Positions 1-13,595 of a stretch of 64,000 bases of DNA are shown in pieces (position 1 is the stretch's first letter; every line of letters starts with the position of its first letter). Source of the stretch: Nageia nagi. Lineage: Eukaryota > Plantae > Pinophyta. The DNA is taken from positions 168,206,001-168,270,000 of the forward strand of contig JBITNC010000001.1 of the NCBI GenBank assembly GCA_050084985.1, written 5' to 3'. The notes under the pieces are model-generated. The model worked only from the letters and a program-made list of their open reading frames with translations. It searched no databases and was not told the DNA's origin. Both the position numbers and the translations under genes were made by a program.

Positions 1-25
1 CTGGTATAAAAAAGATATTGCATTG

Positions 26-86
26 ATGGGAAACTGTTTGGGTGGAGAAGAATCTGTTGAGAGCAGACTCTCGTCGAACAGAACAG
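26..86 (+). CDS. PBL17: RLCK-VII/PBL kinase exon 1 (MGNCLGGEESVESRLSSNRT; N-myristoylation/palmitoylation motif)
   Basis: ATG at 26 gives MGNC, the typical RLCK-VII N-terminus. The exon ends AG|GTAACC (phase 1) and joins in frame to exon 2 at 12780. Confidence 0.8.
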
Positions 87-2419
87 GTAACCCTTGTTAC
101 CAATCACAAAATTTGAATTTTTTCATGCATAGGGTTTCGTGATTGAAAGTAGTTTCCTTAGATATTTGGTAGGAGTATACTCCGTGTGTATATATGTCTT
201 GGATTACTGTTTGACGGGGGTATATGTAGTGTATACATTGCTTAACGTGTGTGGAATTAATTTCCTTTCACTTTGTTGGATTCTTGAGTAGAGATGAATG
301 GTCATAGGTCTGTATTTTTTATATCTTTTACTACTTTTTTAAGTGAAACATGGATTCTTGAATGGGGACGGAAAGTATCAAGATTGTATTCACTCTGTTA
401 TGATGGTAAAGTAAGCTCCATGAGTTTTTTCCTATAATGTTATTAAGGATGGATTCAGAGACTTGTCATGTAGTTTTCATATAGCTTTCGAAAAGAATAA
501 TTTTGGTTGTATTAGAGCTATTACGTTTTATAGAAGGTTTGTAGAAAAGAAGCAGAGTGGGTTATTTGGACAGGGTGTTGGAATTTTAGTTCATCATAAC
601 AATCTACGCACCACAATTTTCAATCTTGTCATTTGAACGTAGTTAGTGGTAAGTTGGGGTCGCTTACAATCATTAATCCTTTCTTCCATTTAATGAGTTA
701 TCTGATTAGTTTGGATGGATTCGTAATTTCCTGGAAACTTCTAAAGCAAAGAAAAAAAATTGTAACTGGAAGTTGGAACAGTCTTAATGCATATGTAGTT
801 ACTAACTGGACCTTAACATAATGCAAAGGTAATTATTCAGAGTTGAACAGGATCCCACTTTATCGTCCAGCAACTCTTCAACATGGCCATTTGTGATAGT
901 CTGCACTGACTACGTGGAATTTGCTTGGACAGCAGATAATAAATTATGGAAATTGGTTAGGCATGAAAGTCCATGCAAACAAGTTCTGTGTCCTGATGAT
1001 CTGAGGTTGAATTCTTGTAGGTGCTTTATTTTGGCAAGGAGCATTCCTTAAATATCTGCATTTTTTCTGAAAAAAAGTTGTGTTTAGTCTTCATCTGTCC
1101 TCTAAGTACATCCACAATTTGATTCCTACTAGTCTGCAGTTAGGACAGTTTCTCATGTTTTTATTTTGGAAGAAGTTCGAGTTAGTTGGAGCGGACTGAT
1201 AACTACGCTTAATTATTTAATGAAATGTGGTCGCACAAAACCATTTACATGTTTGTTCTTGCAGGTGACGATTTTAAATCAGATTTTACAATTGCTAGCA
1301 GAATTGTGACAAGAGTTTTTGGGCTTGCACAGTCCTATGTTGCAATGAATCTTCAAGCAACTTTGATGCTGCAAGCAACTGTGAATTACAAATTGTTTAT
1401 CTTCCAAAGTTACCTACGGCAAAGCTAGTATGATAAGTACTTGACACAAATTCTTTGCGTATGGAGTTAAAAGCGCAAAAAACCAATTAAGCATATCTCA
1501 GTAAACTGTAAAATGTTTCAAATTAAGACCCACGAAAGGATCTTACAAATTCTACTCAAATCATTATATCTATCTCTACCCATATGTACATGCAATAGTT
1601 TGCCTCATTTTTAGCAATTTCTTACAGTTTCACTTCCTTCCCTTCTCTCTTCCACCATGTAGGCTCTTACCCAAACATTCCATGATGTCCCACTAAAAAT
1701 TTCCATTCTTTTGTGACAATTAGAAGCCCAATGAGTACAGCCTTAAAATTTGATAAGGAAGATAAAAATTATTGAAAACAACTCTTTATCCTAATCTACA
1801 CAAAGTACGTTCTTCTGCATAGTGTATGCCATGAATGGCTGTGCGTTTTTGGTATCTTCTTAAGAAGAAATGTAGCAATATTTTTTAGGTTCTTTCTTTC
1901 AGATCATAAACAAAACCAAAAGCATTTCTTAAAATGTTATGCTTATGTCCAACAGCTGGTCATGTTAAACTAAATTTTGATAGCTGACAATAGAAAGTCT
2001 AAATTCAGTGGTATTCCTAGTGGGCTTTCCTGATACTCTTTTGGGTTAAGAACAGGTTGTCTGCAGTAGTTGGTTATATTAAAGTAAGATGGGGAGCAGA
2101 TCAATTTTTCTCAATATGGAGAATTCTAGTTCTACATAACCATCTGGAAATTTTTTGCTTTATTTGCCACTTCAATAGTTTGCTTGATATTGCTTGACAA
2201 TTCATAAAATTTACTGTTCATTGCATAGAACAAATCCATGCTCAAGTAGACTGAATACTTTTTTGTGTTTGTTTAGACAAAGGTCTTACATAATTAATCA
2301 AATGCAATGTGCATATGATAAATTTTAATGCTTGGTATGCAGACTGATCAGAAGCCTATAAGCTCAAAGGGACAAAAGGTTCAGAGAGTGGGAACCAAAT
2401 GCTCTTTTAGATAAGATGA

Positions 2420-5400
2420 TATAATTATATTGATGTCCACGGGTGACCAAAAAGATCAATAGGACTGAGAAGTACAACTGAAGAAATAGATAAGAACTAG
2501 GGGAAAAGACCCTAGAAAAGAAAGCTGACTATAACAAACAAAGGGGTGAGGAGGTAAGGGGAGCAAGAAAAAGAAAAAAAGCCTTGAACCCTAGCAAGAG
2601 GGGAGGGTCCCTCTAGGAGAAGTGAGGAGAAGAGAATCAAGAGATGCCAAAGAGAAGGAACACAACAAGAGGCCATGAGCTGGAGAGTAGTGCAAATTTG
2701 GAGGACCATCAATTGCAACATTGGTTGCTACGGGAAAGTCCAAACTTGAATTGAGAATGTTGGGGGGAGAGTGAGTCATGTTGGGGAATTAGGATGGGCC
2801 ATCTTGGAGGGAATCGAAAGTTTGCCACTCAAACTACTCTTGACATATAAGGCTGAAGGACTAGTAATAGCAATTAAAAGTGGTAATAAAAGATTGCCTA
2901 CGTTTTCTCAACAACAAATTCGAGGAGTCTTGCTGCTAGTTGGAAACAAATTTGTGGTGTTTAGAGTGGGGCGGTCATTGGGGGATCTAGGTAGTAGTGC
3001 ATGATGAAGAACACCGACGTATTGGCTTTTCATTGTTTGTGTGAGAACTAGAAGTACCTCGTAGGTGCTTAATACCCCAATAGAAGCAATGGGTTGAAAG
3101 AAGTAATTAGCCTGGTAGTTATAGGGATCTCCTTTAGAGATATGTGTCTAAGAGAGACAACCTCTCGAATACTCTCAATTGATGGGAACATATTTTCAAT
3201 TGACCAAGAAGGACCTTCAAGGCATGTTACCAATGGTATTGAAGATAAATGGGTCGGCAGATGGTATCATCATCTATTTGAAGAAAGTGCTTTGCATTAA
3301 AAGCCATCTTGGGGTTGAGAGGAAAAGACTGAGAAGTCCATGTGGCAAGAGTGAACTGCCTATAAACATCAATATGAACCAACTGGGAAGTGCTCTTTTT
3401 TGAAGGATAAAGTCAAGGAAGACAGCCAAAAAATGCCTAAAGGGAGGAAGTCAATCAATGGAAAGACCAATACATTGGAGGACCAAACAAGTCTTGGAGA
3501 ACCAACAATGTTGGTGTCTGGTGGATCCAAAAGAGGTGATATCCTTGGAGGAGTAGAGAGCTAGAAACTAGTATCTCTCACGACCAAAGGTGAAGACCTC
3601 CATGGATTTAAGTCTATGAATATAGAGGATGATCTAAAAGATGCATTCAAGATAGAGGGGCAGAGTGGCAAATTTGGACTAAACAATGCATTAGGAATTG
3701 TTCGTTTACAATGGATGAAACATTGGAGCATCAAAGTTTGTACTCACCCAAGGCAAGCTCAATCAATGGATTGTAAACTAAGTGTCCAAAGCTTAGACCC
3801 ATAGTTGGTAGTGGGTCAAATAATGGCATTGAAGAGATGCATATTTGAAAGGATATCCTAAAAATGGTTTTGAAAACATTGGAGTTCCAAGATAGAGTGG
3901 GAAGCATAACCCTAAAGACATTATAAGAGATGAATCTCAAATTGAAAGAAGACCCCTAAGTAAGTGTAGGAGGTGGTGATCTCCATAGGTTCCCCATTAT
4001 AAAGGAACTAAAAATCGGATTTAGCATCCTTGGAGTGTTAAAAATCATGGCCTTCGTTTTGCTGAGGTTGACTAAAAGTTATTGAATATTGCAAAAATGA
4101 GCAAGAGCATCTAATTGTCTCAGTAAACCATCGCCAAAGTGAGAGGAGAATTACATCATCAACTAAAAGAAGAGTAGCAATCAACACATGATTTAGAAAA
4201 CAATCATCATCTGCATAAGTGTGGTGTCAAAGGAAGTCCTCAAGCTTGTCGATATAGATACTAGGGCCAGTGAGAGCAGACAACCCTATTTGACCCTGAT
4301 GGTGTTCACAATAAAGCCAAAGAGGCCATGAGGACTATGGAATCGGCCAACCATCGTCTCATATAACCATGTGATAGATAGGATGAGGGAATTAGAGATA
4401 CCAATGTCATGAAGTTGTTGAAGAAGTAGAAATCTTGGAATAGAGTCAAAGCCTTTCTAAAGTCAACAAAGCAACAAAAGACTTTGACGGACTACTGGTG
4501 GCTTCCTTAATGATACCCCGAAGGGTAGAGATGTGCTTAATAGTTTGGTAATCACTCATAAATCCAACATGTTCTACAACCCTAAGCTTCCTACACTCTA
4601 GCTCTTTTGATAGCTTTAGTTCCAACATTGTACCATACAACTTGGCAAAGGTATGCTCGATCATAATAGTTTTGTAATTGTTAGGAATTGAACTATCTCT
4701 TGACTTATGGATAGGATGAATGATGTGTCACAACCAAGAGGGGGTAATCCCTGGCAAATGACTTCATTAGAAAGCCTAGAGAGAGGGAGAGCAAGTGAAT
4801 CAACTCCATAGTTGAAGATCTTCAACTGAAAACTCTTTCAATTTGCAAATTTATTGGTGCCAAGCTTCTAAATAGCCTTCTCGATGTCACTAGTGTGAAA
4901 GAAATGGTAGGAGGAAGGGGAAAGACATGGATGGAGGGTTGGCTAGGGATATCATAGAGGGAGTTGGCATAAGAAACCCAAGTCTAAGAATCAATGTTTG
5001 AAGGTGGGTTTTTCTTGGGAGGAGGGTGTACCAAAAGTAATTGGGGGAGTGGTGGAGGGCATTAAGAAGCTCAAGTTGTCTATACAAGAAACTCACACTT
5101 CTTGACATGTTTCAAGTACAAATGGGTTGTTGTGGAGTAAGGAAAAACAAAGCCTTGGGGGAGTGGTGGAGGGCATTAAGAAGCTCAAGTTGTCTATACA
5201 AGAAACTCACACTTCTTGACATGTTTCAAGTACAAATGGGTTGTTGTGGAGTAAGGAAAAACAAAGCCTTTGTTGAAAAGACTGACAATCTTCATCATAC
5301 CAATAGTTCATAGGGAAGGAACTATGGGGATGAGGGGGAGTGAAGGGTAGCCTCCCAAAGGGCATGAGACAAGAAGTTGTAAAAAGAGGAGGCGGTAAGG

Positions 5401-8000
5401 AGTGGATTTTTTACATGAGGTGAAAAAGCCTAGTAGAGTAGTCCGTGATTTGTAAACCATTGACGTAGGCCATGGTAGGATGAGAACTAGAAGTGTCAAA
5501 GCAAGGGGGAGTACAAGAGAGAGAGGTGGAATGAATAGTGAAAGACAGGAAAATGTAGTCGACTAGGGGTAGTTGATGGGAGATAGGAAAGTCTCAAATG
5601 TGGGGGATGAGAGCTCTACTAGCAAGAACATAATCAATGACATTTGCAGCCCTACTATGAGGGAAGCAAGTGAATATGCTAGAATTCGGGGAGCAAGGTA
5701 TCCCATTGAGTATGTGAAGATCATGTGACTCTTTCATCTGCAAATGATAATGCTTATGTGTTGTGATAGAATTATCTCAATCGGTAGAAGCTCAAAGCAA
5801 ACTCAAATCCTCATAATCAGACTCATGAAGGCCAAGCTCATCCTCTGAAAGATCCTAGACAGGCATCTAGAGGACCTCTAGTAGGAGCATTGAAGTCAAC
5901 TAGGAGGATAACCTTACCCATAGTGGACAAATGGGAGATCTAAAGGTAAAGGTCAAGAAATGGATCATGCACATTGGAGAAAGAAGAAATAGGAGGGAAG
6001 TAGCATAATGCAATGTAGACCTTATCAAAGGGATCCCCCTACGGACACACAACCACATATATTTGGAATGTTGTGAATGATAGCCCATTTGTTCTCCTTG
6101 ACAGCTATAACCTCGGTATTTGAAATTGTGTGAAGTTGACATTCAAATAAACCCTGTTGGGGAGAGAATAATTTCTTTTTTTGTGCTCAAGGCTTGCAAA
6201 TGTTCCTCTGCTGATTATAAATGTATTACAAGAGTGTTGTTTGAGGTAGACCAAGCCTTTTCCAGAGAAATGTTCTTCAAGTCCAAGGTTTCATGTAGCA
6301 AACCACGACCAACCTATAGAGGATCAATGTTTTTTGGGAGACCATGAACTCGAAGATTGAGTTCCTTTCCTTAGTGTGACATGTCCTCTCTTCTTCAAAA
6401 TTTGCCTATATCACCATTTCAACCATAGGAGGAGCATCCTTTCCTTTCACCACTTGCACCCATGAGTTTTGTTCTTCTGCTTGGTTTAAACCAAATGGAT
6501 TGTGTTGGGCAATAGCTTCCTTTTTTAAATCTTCCTGTTGGGTGAGGATCTTGGATTGTTTGATTAGGCGTTCAAAAACTACCTCATCTAGTTGTGGTAA
6601 GTATTAGTGCAGAATTTCAACAGTCAGAGAGGCTTGAGATTGTTCAAGTTTGTCAATTTTGTCTCTCAAGCTTGCAATACTTTCTCCTGCAGTTGCTATT
6701 GAAGCAGTGATAAGAGTTCCTTAAAGCCTGCCCCCATATTTTCCAATTCAGTTACTTGCCTGCATAGTCTGTTATAACGTTGTTTTGATATCTTCACTGT
6801 GTCTGATCTGAGTGTTTTGGATTCCTGAGAACAAGGAGTGGTCATGGCAGAAGTAGTTGCAGGCACAAGTGGAGCAGCCTGGGTATGGATGCATTGTGCG
6901 AGTGCAGATACCATGCAGGAGCTAGGAAAAGAATGTCACAATCCTTGATTCAGATCTATTATGGATGCAAAAGCTGATGCAGTTCCTGAGCTGGACCTGT
7001 GAGGGTGTAGGAACTGTTATAGTCCCCAAATTGGAACTGTGTAAATAAAGGAGCGCTGTGTGCACAGAACTGGCTAGCCGGTAAACAGAACGGACTGACC
7101 AGTGAACAGAACAGTTTCGACAGTGAAGAATAAAGACAGATGCGTAGGCTCCTACAGGTTGGGTGCACTGGAGCGAGACAGGAGAAAATCCCTTGGGAAC
7201 CACTCAAATCCTCCATTGCAGTGAACAGCATCACTGCAAATCTGGGGCTGGGGTGCTCGTGGGCAGAGTGCTAGGGTGCAATGCAATCAAAGTCCGACAT
7301 GAATGGTGGTTTGATTTCGAGTGCAAACAGAGACAACAGAAATAGAGATTGGAACACTTGACCTCCTGAGAAACAATAGCAATGCAGAAACACTCAATCC
7401 TCCATTGCAGTGAACGAAGACAAGGGTTTGGGGTACTTGCAGATAGAGCACTCCTGAAAACAATGGTCCAGTGCAGGGTTGTGGACAAAATACTCGGGTG
7501 CATGAGGATGGGTGCTGGGGTGCTCGTGGGTCTTATACTACTAGAACTAGATACAATGCTTTGAAAAAAATACCTGGCAAGGAAGAAACAATCACGGACG
7601 TTGTGTGGGGATGGTTCTCAGATGAGCACGGGAAAAATGCAGGCAGAGTGTGTTTTGTTGCAGGCGGATGTGGAGTGGATGTGCACATGGAAGATCAAAC
7701 ACAGTCGGATGCACAAATGCCCAGAAAGGCCAAAGTAGGTGCTCGTTGACGTTGGAAGGAAAATGTCTTAACGCTCGGGTGGGACATAGGTGCTTGAGTG
7801 CATGGCTGTGCAGATGTTGCTCAGCGGTTCAAACAAGAATGTGAATGCTAGAGTGCGTGGGGGTGCGGATGGTGTTCGGGACAATAGAGTAACTGGTTTT
7901 GGATTACAGGATGGGTCTAACCCAAAACTGGTACAGGGCTCACAACCAAAAAGGATCAAAAACATCTTAGCGTCATCCACACATTTCACATCGGCATCTT
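2420..8000 (-). mobile_element. Degenerate near-full-length LINE (APE endonuclease + RT), non-L1 type (RTE/RTEX/L2-like), in kinase intron 1
   Basis: Minus-strand remnants: HETx (~6290), VILLVDFNA (~5890), NVIDYVL (~5630), FVDFRKA (~4455, frameshifted), LLVDDV (~4160), LLVNLSKTKAMIFN (~4060), GQLKICSHQLRV (~3190). The 3' end resembles GGACATCAATATAATT plus an ATC-type tail (~2415-2440). A GC-richer 5' region lies at ~6900-8000. Many stops and frameshifts. Confidence 0.8.
5041..5268. repeat. Perfect 114-bp tandem duplication (2 copies)
   Basis: 5041-5154 appears identical to 5155-5268 (TTGGGGGAGTGGTGGAGGGC...GGAAAAACAAAGCC); also visible as a duplicated peptide in ORF 5041..5313. Confidence 0.95.
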
Positions 8001-10299
8001 CAATTAACTATTTAGATGAAATAATAGAGCATCAAAGACGAGTAGAATTGCACCATACACATGACATAAGCTCATTAAAGATCAACGATATGTAAAATAG
8101 ATGAAGAAGAAAGGGTTTCTTGAATATGAGAAAGTCCCTCGATGGGAAAAAAGCAACGGTATTTCACAAAGTATACTGCTCTATGTCACAAGATGGGCAT
8201 TTAATACACCAAAATGGATTGGAATGACAATGAGGATTGATCATTCCTAAAATCAAATGTAGGCCAAGGGAATAAGCACACCCAACCTGATGAGAATCAG
8301 CCACATGTTACATGGGATAATCTTAGTCACATAGTTATATTTTATTTGTATATTCTTAAGACATGTATAACACATTTTTATTTGGATCCTCGATAAGCAT
8401 CTTGTATGTATGGAAGTTTGGCCAAAAGATGACAAGTTTAAGTTAAATTCAAGATCCAAGACTAGATTTTAGGAATATAGCCATCAATGATAAATAACAT
8501 AGAGATTGAAGGATATTTCCTGCCAACTTGAACTAGGGTTTGATCTCAATGGAAAACGTTTTTCAGACAACAATGGGGACAAATACGAAGAAAAATTACT
8601 GAATTCTGTGTTAGCTTAGGCTGTCTAAATAGCACAACATCAGGCCAATCAAACAGACAAGTAAAAACAATGCACTGCCCTAACTATGCCAAATAGGTCA
8701 TCCTGACTCTTAATCCTGCAAATGCGCTTGTGTCCGGGACTGATTAGAAGGATAAGGTACAATAACTTAAAAAGTGATTGGCAAGTCGCCTTTGTTATAG
8801 ATGACACTTTCCGATGTAGTGTATGTTACTGTTTTAAGACTTGCAAAAATTACCAAAGATAAGATTTGACAAAGTCAAACATCAACAATGCAAAAATCAA
8901 CAACAAACATTACTAAAATGAAACAAATGATTAAAACATATTGAGCTAAGGTTTAGATATGCTTAATTTACATTTTTGTCGCCAGACCTTTCAATGAGGA
9001 GTGACCAAGACTAGATGGAAGACAAGTGACAGAGATTAGATAGGTGATTCTCTTGAATATCAAGGATACAAGATGGTTTAAGTGACACACAAGGCCAGAC
9101 ACTTGCTGAAGATTTTTGGTAGCAAATTGACAACTAAATCTTGATATTGTGCAAAGGTTCTAGGAGAAGTATGATAAATGAGAAATTATTGTTGATGGAA
9201 AATTATTATAAGGACTAAGGGGTATTTACAAGCAACATAACTTATTCTTAACCTTGTTAAATATAAGGCAACATGATCGTTCTGGAATGAAAAACATGCC
9301 TTGGGAAGGAATGAAAAGGAACATAGTTTGCAATATCTGTAGCATTCATTGAGAAAAATCAACTAAATTTTCCTGTCTAGGGTGTTTGGAGTTTGCACAC
9401 TTCTTTCAATGGCCCAAATGGGAACTAAACTCAAGGCAAAGGGGCAACTTAGAAGATTGGGACAGATGACATTTTCTAGTATGCACCTTTAAATTTTAGT
9501 AATGAAGATGTTAGTTGCAATATTTAAAGCATCCATCCTTCGTCCAAGAATCCTACATGAAAATGTTTCTTCTTGCAGAGGCTTACTTTTCCTTATTCAA
9601 AAGGTTTCTTTCTACATCTCTGTGTAATCTAAATAGACCCATAATACAAATTAGTGCATAGCATGTACAGAATCCCAATCTGTATCTTGTGAATCTTGTT
9701 TACTCATGTCACAACGCTTAGTGCTGACCCAGTTACATACAAGTTGGTGCTTAGGGCTTTGGTTTATATAACAAACTTGGCCCCATACCGCAAGCTTAGA
9801 CTGATACAAATAATGACGCATTGTGGTTGGCTTGGGGAATCAATCATAAAGATATGCCCAATACTAGATACATGTTACAATTCAAAGGTAGTGTTATACT
9901 CATCCTTCCACCATAATTGTTTTTTAAATACTGAGGATTTCCCAAAGACTTACAAACTTGATCTTGATCAATTCATCAATTCGATAATATTGAAGATCAA
10001 GGGAGTTGTCCTCATTAGTTGTTGAATGTAGTGCATGCGATGGACCAGATTGTGAATAGCAATAGCATGCTGATTGTCATGCACTACTTAACATGTAATC
10101 ATTAGCGCTTCCAATGAATTTGACAATGAAGAAATAGTCGTGGGATCCTCTTCAATTGAAGGGCGACCAACTACATAAGTGCAGATGCCCAAGGCACCTT
10201 TGTCTTCATAAAGGACTTGCAGTCGTAAGTCACAAGGAGATTACCTCTCACACACCAGTTGAAGGGTTCAAAAGCAGAGGGCCTTGCGCTATCTTTTTT

Positions 10300-11600
10300 G
10301 CACATTAACTTGTATCATGGGTTTGATGAACATGAATTCAGATTCAAATAATACATAATATTTGAATTTGATTCTGAATATGGCATACGACAATATATGG
10401 CATGTGCCATATGCTATATAATGTTTACAATAACTACGTGCCTCTGCCCCAGTATCAAAGATTCATTTTACCTTGTACGTCTCTTTCGTCTTTCATTTAG
10501 ACTCCTTTGTTTTTTGTGCCACATATTTGTCAACCTTTTGCACCATGCATTCAAAATCCTCCCTTGTAAATATGCCCTTCTGCTCCAGACTCTTCCTCTG
10601 TAGTCCAATCAGAAGGACCAATTTTTTTAAAATCGTTGGTGACATGATTGTTGCCCACTATTTGTTGATGTTAGAGTTGCTAGTTATGGTAGATGAAGAC
10701 AAAATGGTTACGTGCTCTTTGGCTAACCTGTTGCTTTCCTTGGATTGCATGTTTTTAAAAGCTATTATAATTGCACTCTCATCCGAACAGCTACAAGTTT
10801 GACACAAAATATTGATAGCCAGCTTTTCGAGACTTGGTGTTTTTTCTGAATTCCTCCCACTATGAAATTAGAAAGAAAAAAACAACATATAAACAAATCA
10901 TTCAAGTCGCAAACTAGAATTAGAAAAATTCAATAGTTTTTACAAATTTCAAATGCAAACAAATACATAAAAAGGTTTCATGGCCTCTTGTTTGTCCAAA
11001 CCTTAATAGAAATTGTATGTTAAGAAAGAGATATGTCTCAACAATCTTGTATGTTTTGCAATTCATTATTTTTAAAACCTCATTTGTTCATCTTCTTAAG
11101 ATAATTGCGGATGCCTGTGAGAACAAGATCATTAATTACAAATGACTCAGCATGAAAATATTTCAGATTCAAATAGTACCCAGCTGCATGTAAGGGCTTA
11201 GTTGCATTAACGAAAAGCTGAGTGTTCTTGTGCAATTCTTTGGCTACACCATCATGGTAAATTTGGTTGAGAACTTGCTAAGGTATGAATCTAACGTGAA
11301 AGAGTTACACAGAAGTCACCCCTTATGCATCATAGACAAAGATGAAAAGGATTTATGTTTGATGTAAAAGCCCCTCAATAGGGAACAAGCTTACGAGAAG
11401 ATAAATTATGATATTTCACAAGCACCACACTCAGTTCACAGAAAATGGTTGGAACGACAAGGATTGTTCATTCATATGGTGAACCTGGGGCACAAATGTA
11501 CTCAAACCTATGCTAGCCCAAGTGCACCATAAGCTGGGTCTCAGCTCCTTGGTCTCTTACAAGGTAAGTCGTAGACTAATACAATAAGAAACTATTCCAA
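10300..11600 (-). mobile_element. hAT transposase remnant
   Basis: Minus strand: PLHAAGYYLNLKYF (~11150-11200) and TPSLEKLAINILCQTCSCS...SKESNRLAKE (hAT dimerisation domain, ~10700-10840). Degenerate. Confidence 0.7.
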
Positions 11601-12779
11601 CATGAAAGAGGTAAACTAATAGAAAACATACATAGCCTCCACTGTCAATATTAGAATGCCTTCAATATGGCACCAATAAAAGAGGAGTTATCATTAGAAA
11701 TAGAAAACATCAAAACCTTGAATGTGATAGGTTATAACGACTATCAGAGAGTCTCTGGAATCTTAAATTTGCAGGGTCCAAGTGCATACATAGGAAATTG
11801 TTTGTTAATTTGGTCAAAGAAGTTTGTCTGTGCCTGTTACGCATCAGTAGAAATAGGAAAAGGGTAGACAAGCAGATTGGTAGTTAAGAATTAAGATCGG
11901 CCTTGTTTTCTATGAACAGATAGATACTGATCAACAGACATCTCATCACTGATTGCATTTGTTGTAGTTCTTGAATTTGCTTCAACCTTATATTCAGAAT
12001 GATCTTTTGCAAGAACTGCTTAAAGGCCACAAATAAATGCTTAAATGCGTATTTGACGTTTAAACGTGTTTTTTTCAACTTGTCGTATTCTCACGAATTT
12101 TAAAAGTCCTTGCTTTCTATAGTATTTTTAGCAGTATTTTTTCTGTTTTTTTTGTACTTTTGATGATTTTTAAAATTTTACTGCAACATGTATATACTTG
12201 GTACCCGTTTTTCTAAACACTGATCTGTACTACCATCTTAGGCTGAGATTTCTGTTGAAAGCCTCATTTGAACATTACTTGACATGACTTTTCAGAAGAG
12301 CTGGCAGTATCACATATAACTCTTGTCTTATCACATATCCCATTAGCAGGTAAATTTGACTCTGATTGCTGTCCTCACTGTGGAATGAAAAATCTGGATC
12401 CTCTACTAGCTTAATAGATCCTACTAAAAATTGCAATAGAATAAGCCTTCCTGTTCAAAAAAAATTTATTGCTGTTTTGGTGAAATAATTGAATTTTTCA
12501 AATAATGAAGAAAAAGTTTTAATTTATCGTAATTGTATGTGGTGAACTCCTCTTCACTTTTCAACTCAGTACCCCTATTGGATCTCCATCGTGTACCCAA
12601 TTCTTGACTCAAGTAGAACTTTTTTCCTAGTTCAGTATGTAATTATCTATTGGATTCTGCAACTTTGTTTGTGAAAGCATTTTGTAATTGCTTATTTCTA
12701 TAATTATTATATATTCTGCCTTTAAAATAATATTCTAATATGTGACTTTGTGGGTATGGCAATAATGGATTTTCTGCAG

Positions 12780-13090
12780 TAGCTGAGATAGGATCAATTC
12801 AATCATTATATCGGCAATCAGAAATCAGCAGTGGAGGAAGCATTCCACCAACCCCAAGGGATGTAGAAGATCTGAGGCAGAATTCTGGCTCCAACGTCAT
12901 TGTATTCACATACAATGAACTAAAGCTTAGTACAAAAAATTTTCGTTCTGACCATGAGATCGGACAGGGAGGATTTGGTGTTGTCTACAAAGGACACATA
13001 GACGAGAATGTCAGACCAGGTCTGAAGGGTCTCTCGGTAGCGGTTAAGGTTCTCAATCAGGAGGGTCTTCAAGGGCATAAAGAATGGCTG
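12780..13090 (+). CDS. PBL17: RLCK-VII/PBL kinase exon 2 (PRDVEDLR, FTYNELK, GQGGFGVVYKG, VAVK, GLQGHKEWL)
   Basis: tttctgcag acceptor, open frame covering kinase subdomains I-II, donor CTG|GTAAAC. Confidence 0.93.
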
Positions 13091-13288
13091 GTAAACACCT
13101 TCATGGTTGTTTCATTGCGTATGGTTTTCATCCATATGATTTAAGCTTTGTGAAATGAAACAGATGAGGTGTAAAAAGGAATTTCATGTTAGTGAAGTGA
13201 TGATAAAGTTTAAGTTAAGTTTTGGGATTGTGGGCGAGATGAAATGATGTAAACACAATATATGATGCTAATTTTCTGTGTCTTTCAG

Positions 13289-13424
13289 GCAGAGGTCATC
13301 TTTCTTGGGCAGCTAAGCCACCCCCACTTGGTGAAACTTATAGGTTACTGTTGCGAGGATGAACATAGGCTTCTGGTTTATGAGTATATGTCTCGTGGCA
13401 GTTTGGAAAATCATCTGTTTCGCA
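13289..13424 (+). CDS. PBL17: RLCK-VII/PBL kinase exon 3 ([45 protein letters not shown])
   Basis: ctttcag acceptor, 136-nt exon, A|GTATGT donor. Confidence 0.95.
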
Positions 13425-13595
13425 GTATGTACATTTTGTTGTGCTTAAAATTAGTAGGATCTATTAAGCTAGCAGAATAGAGGAATAATCAATGAGCATG
13501 GCCTTCTAGATTGATTTCTTCATTACTTAAGAACTATAAATATGATTGTAATGAAAACTTCTAATGTGTTTGTATATTTGATTTAATGCTTACAG

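Noticed and set aside
6696-8095. Cluster of overlapping short ORFs and short repeats
   Set aside because: They fall in the GC-richer 5' UTR/ORF1 region of the intronic LINE and are not independent genes.
8700-9600. Possible second, older LINE RT remnant on the minus strand (QDLVVNL-like)
   Set aside because: Too degenerate to support by eye; needs a profile search.
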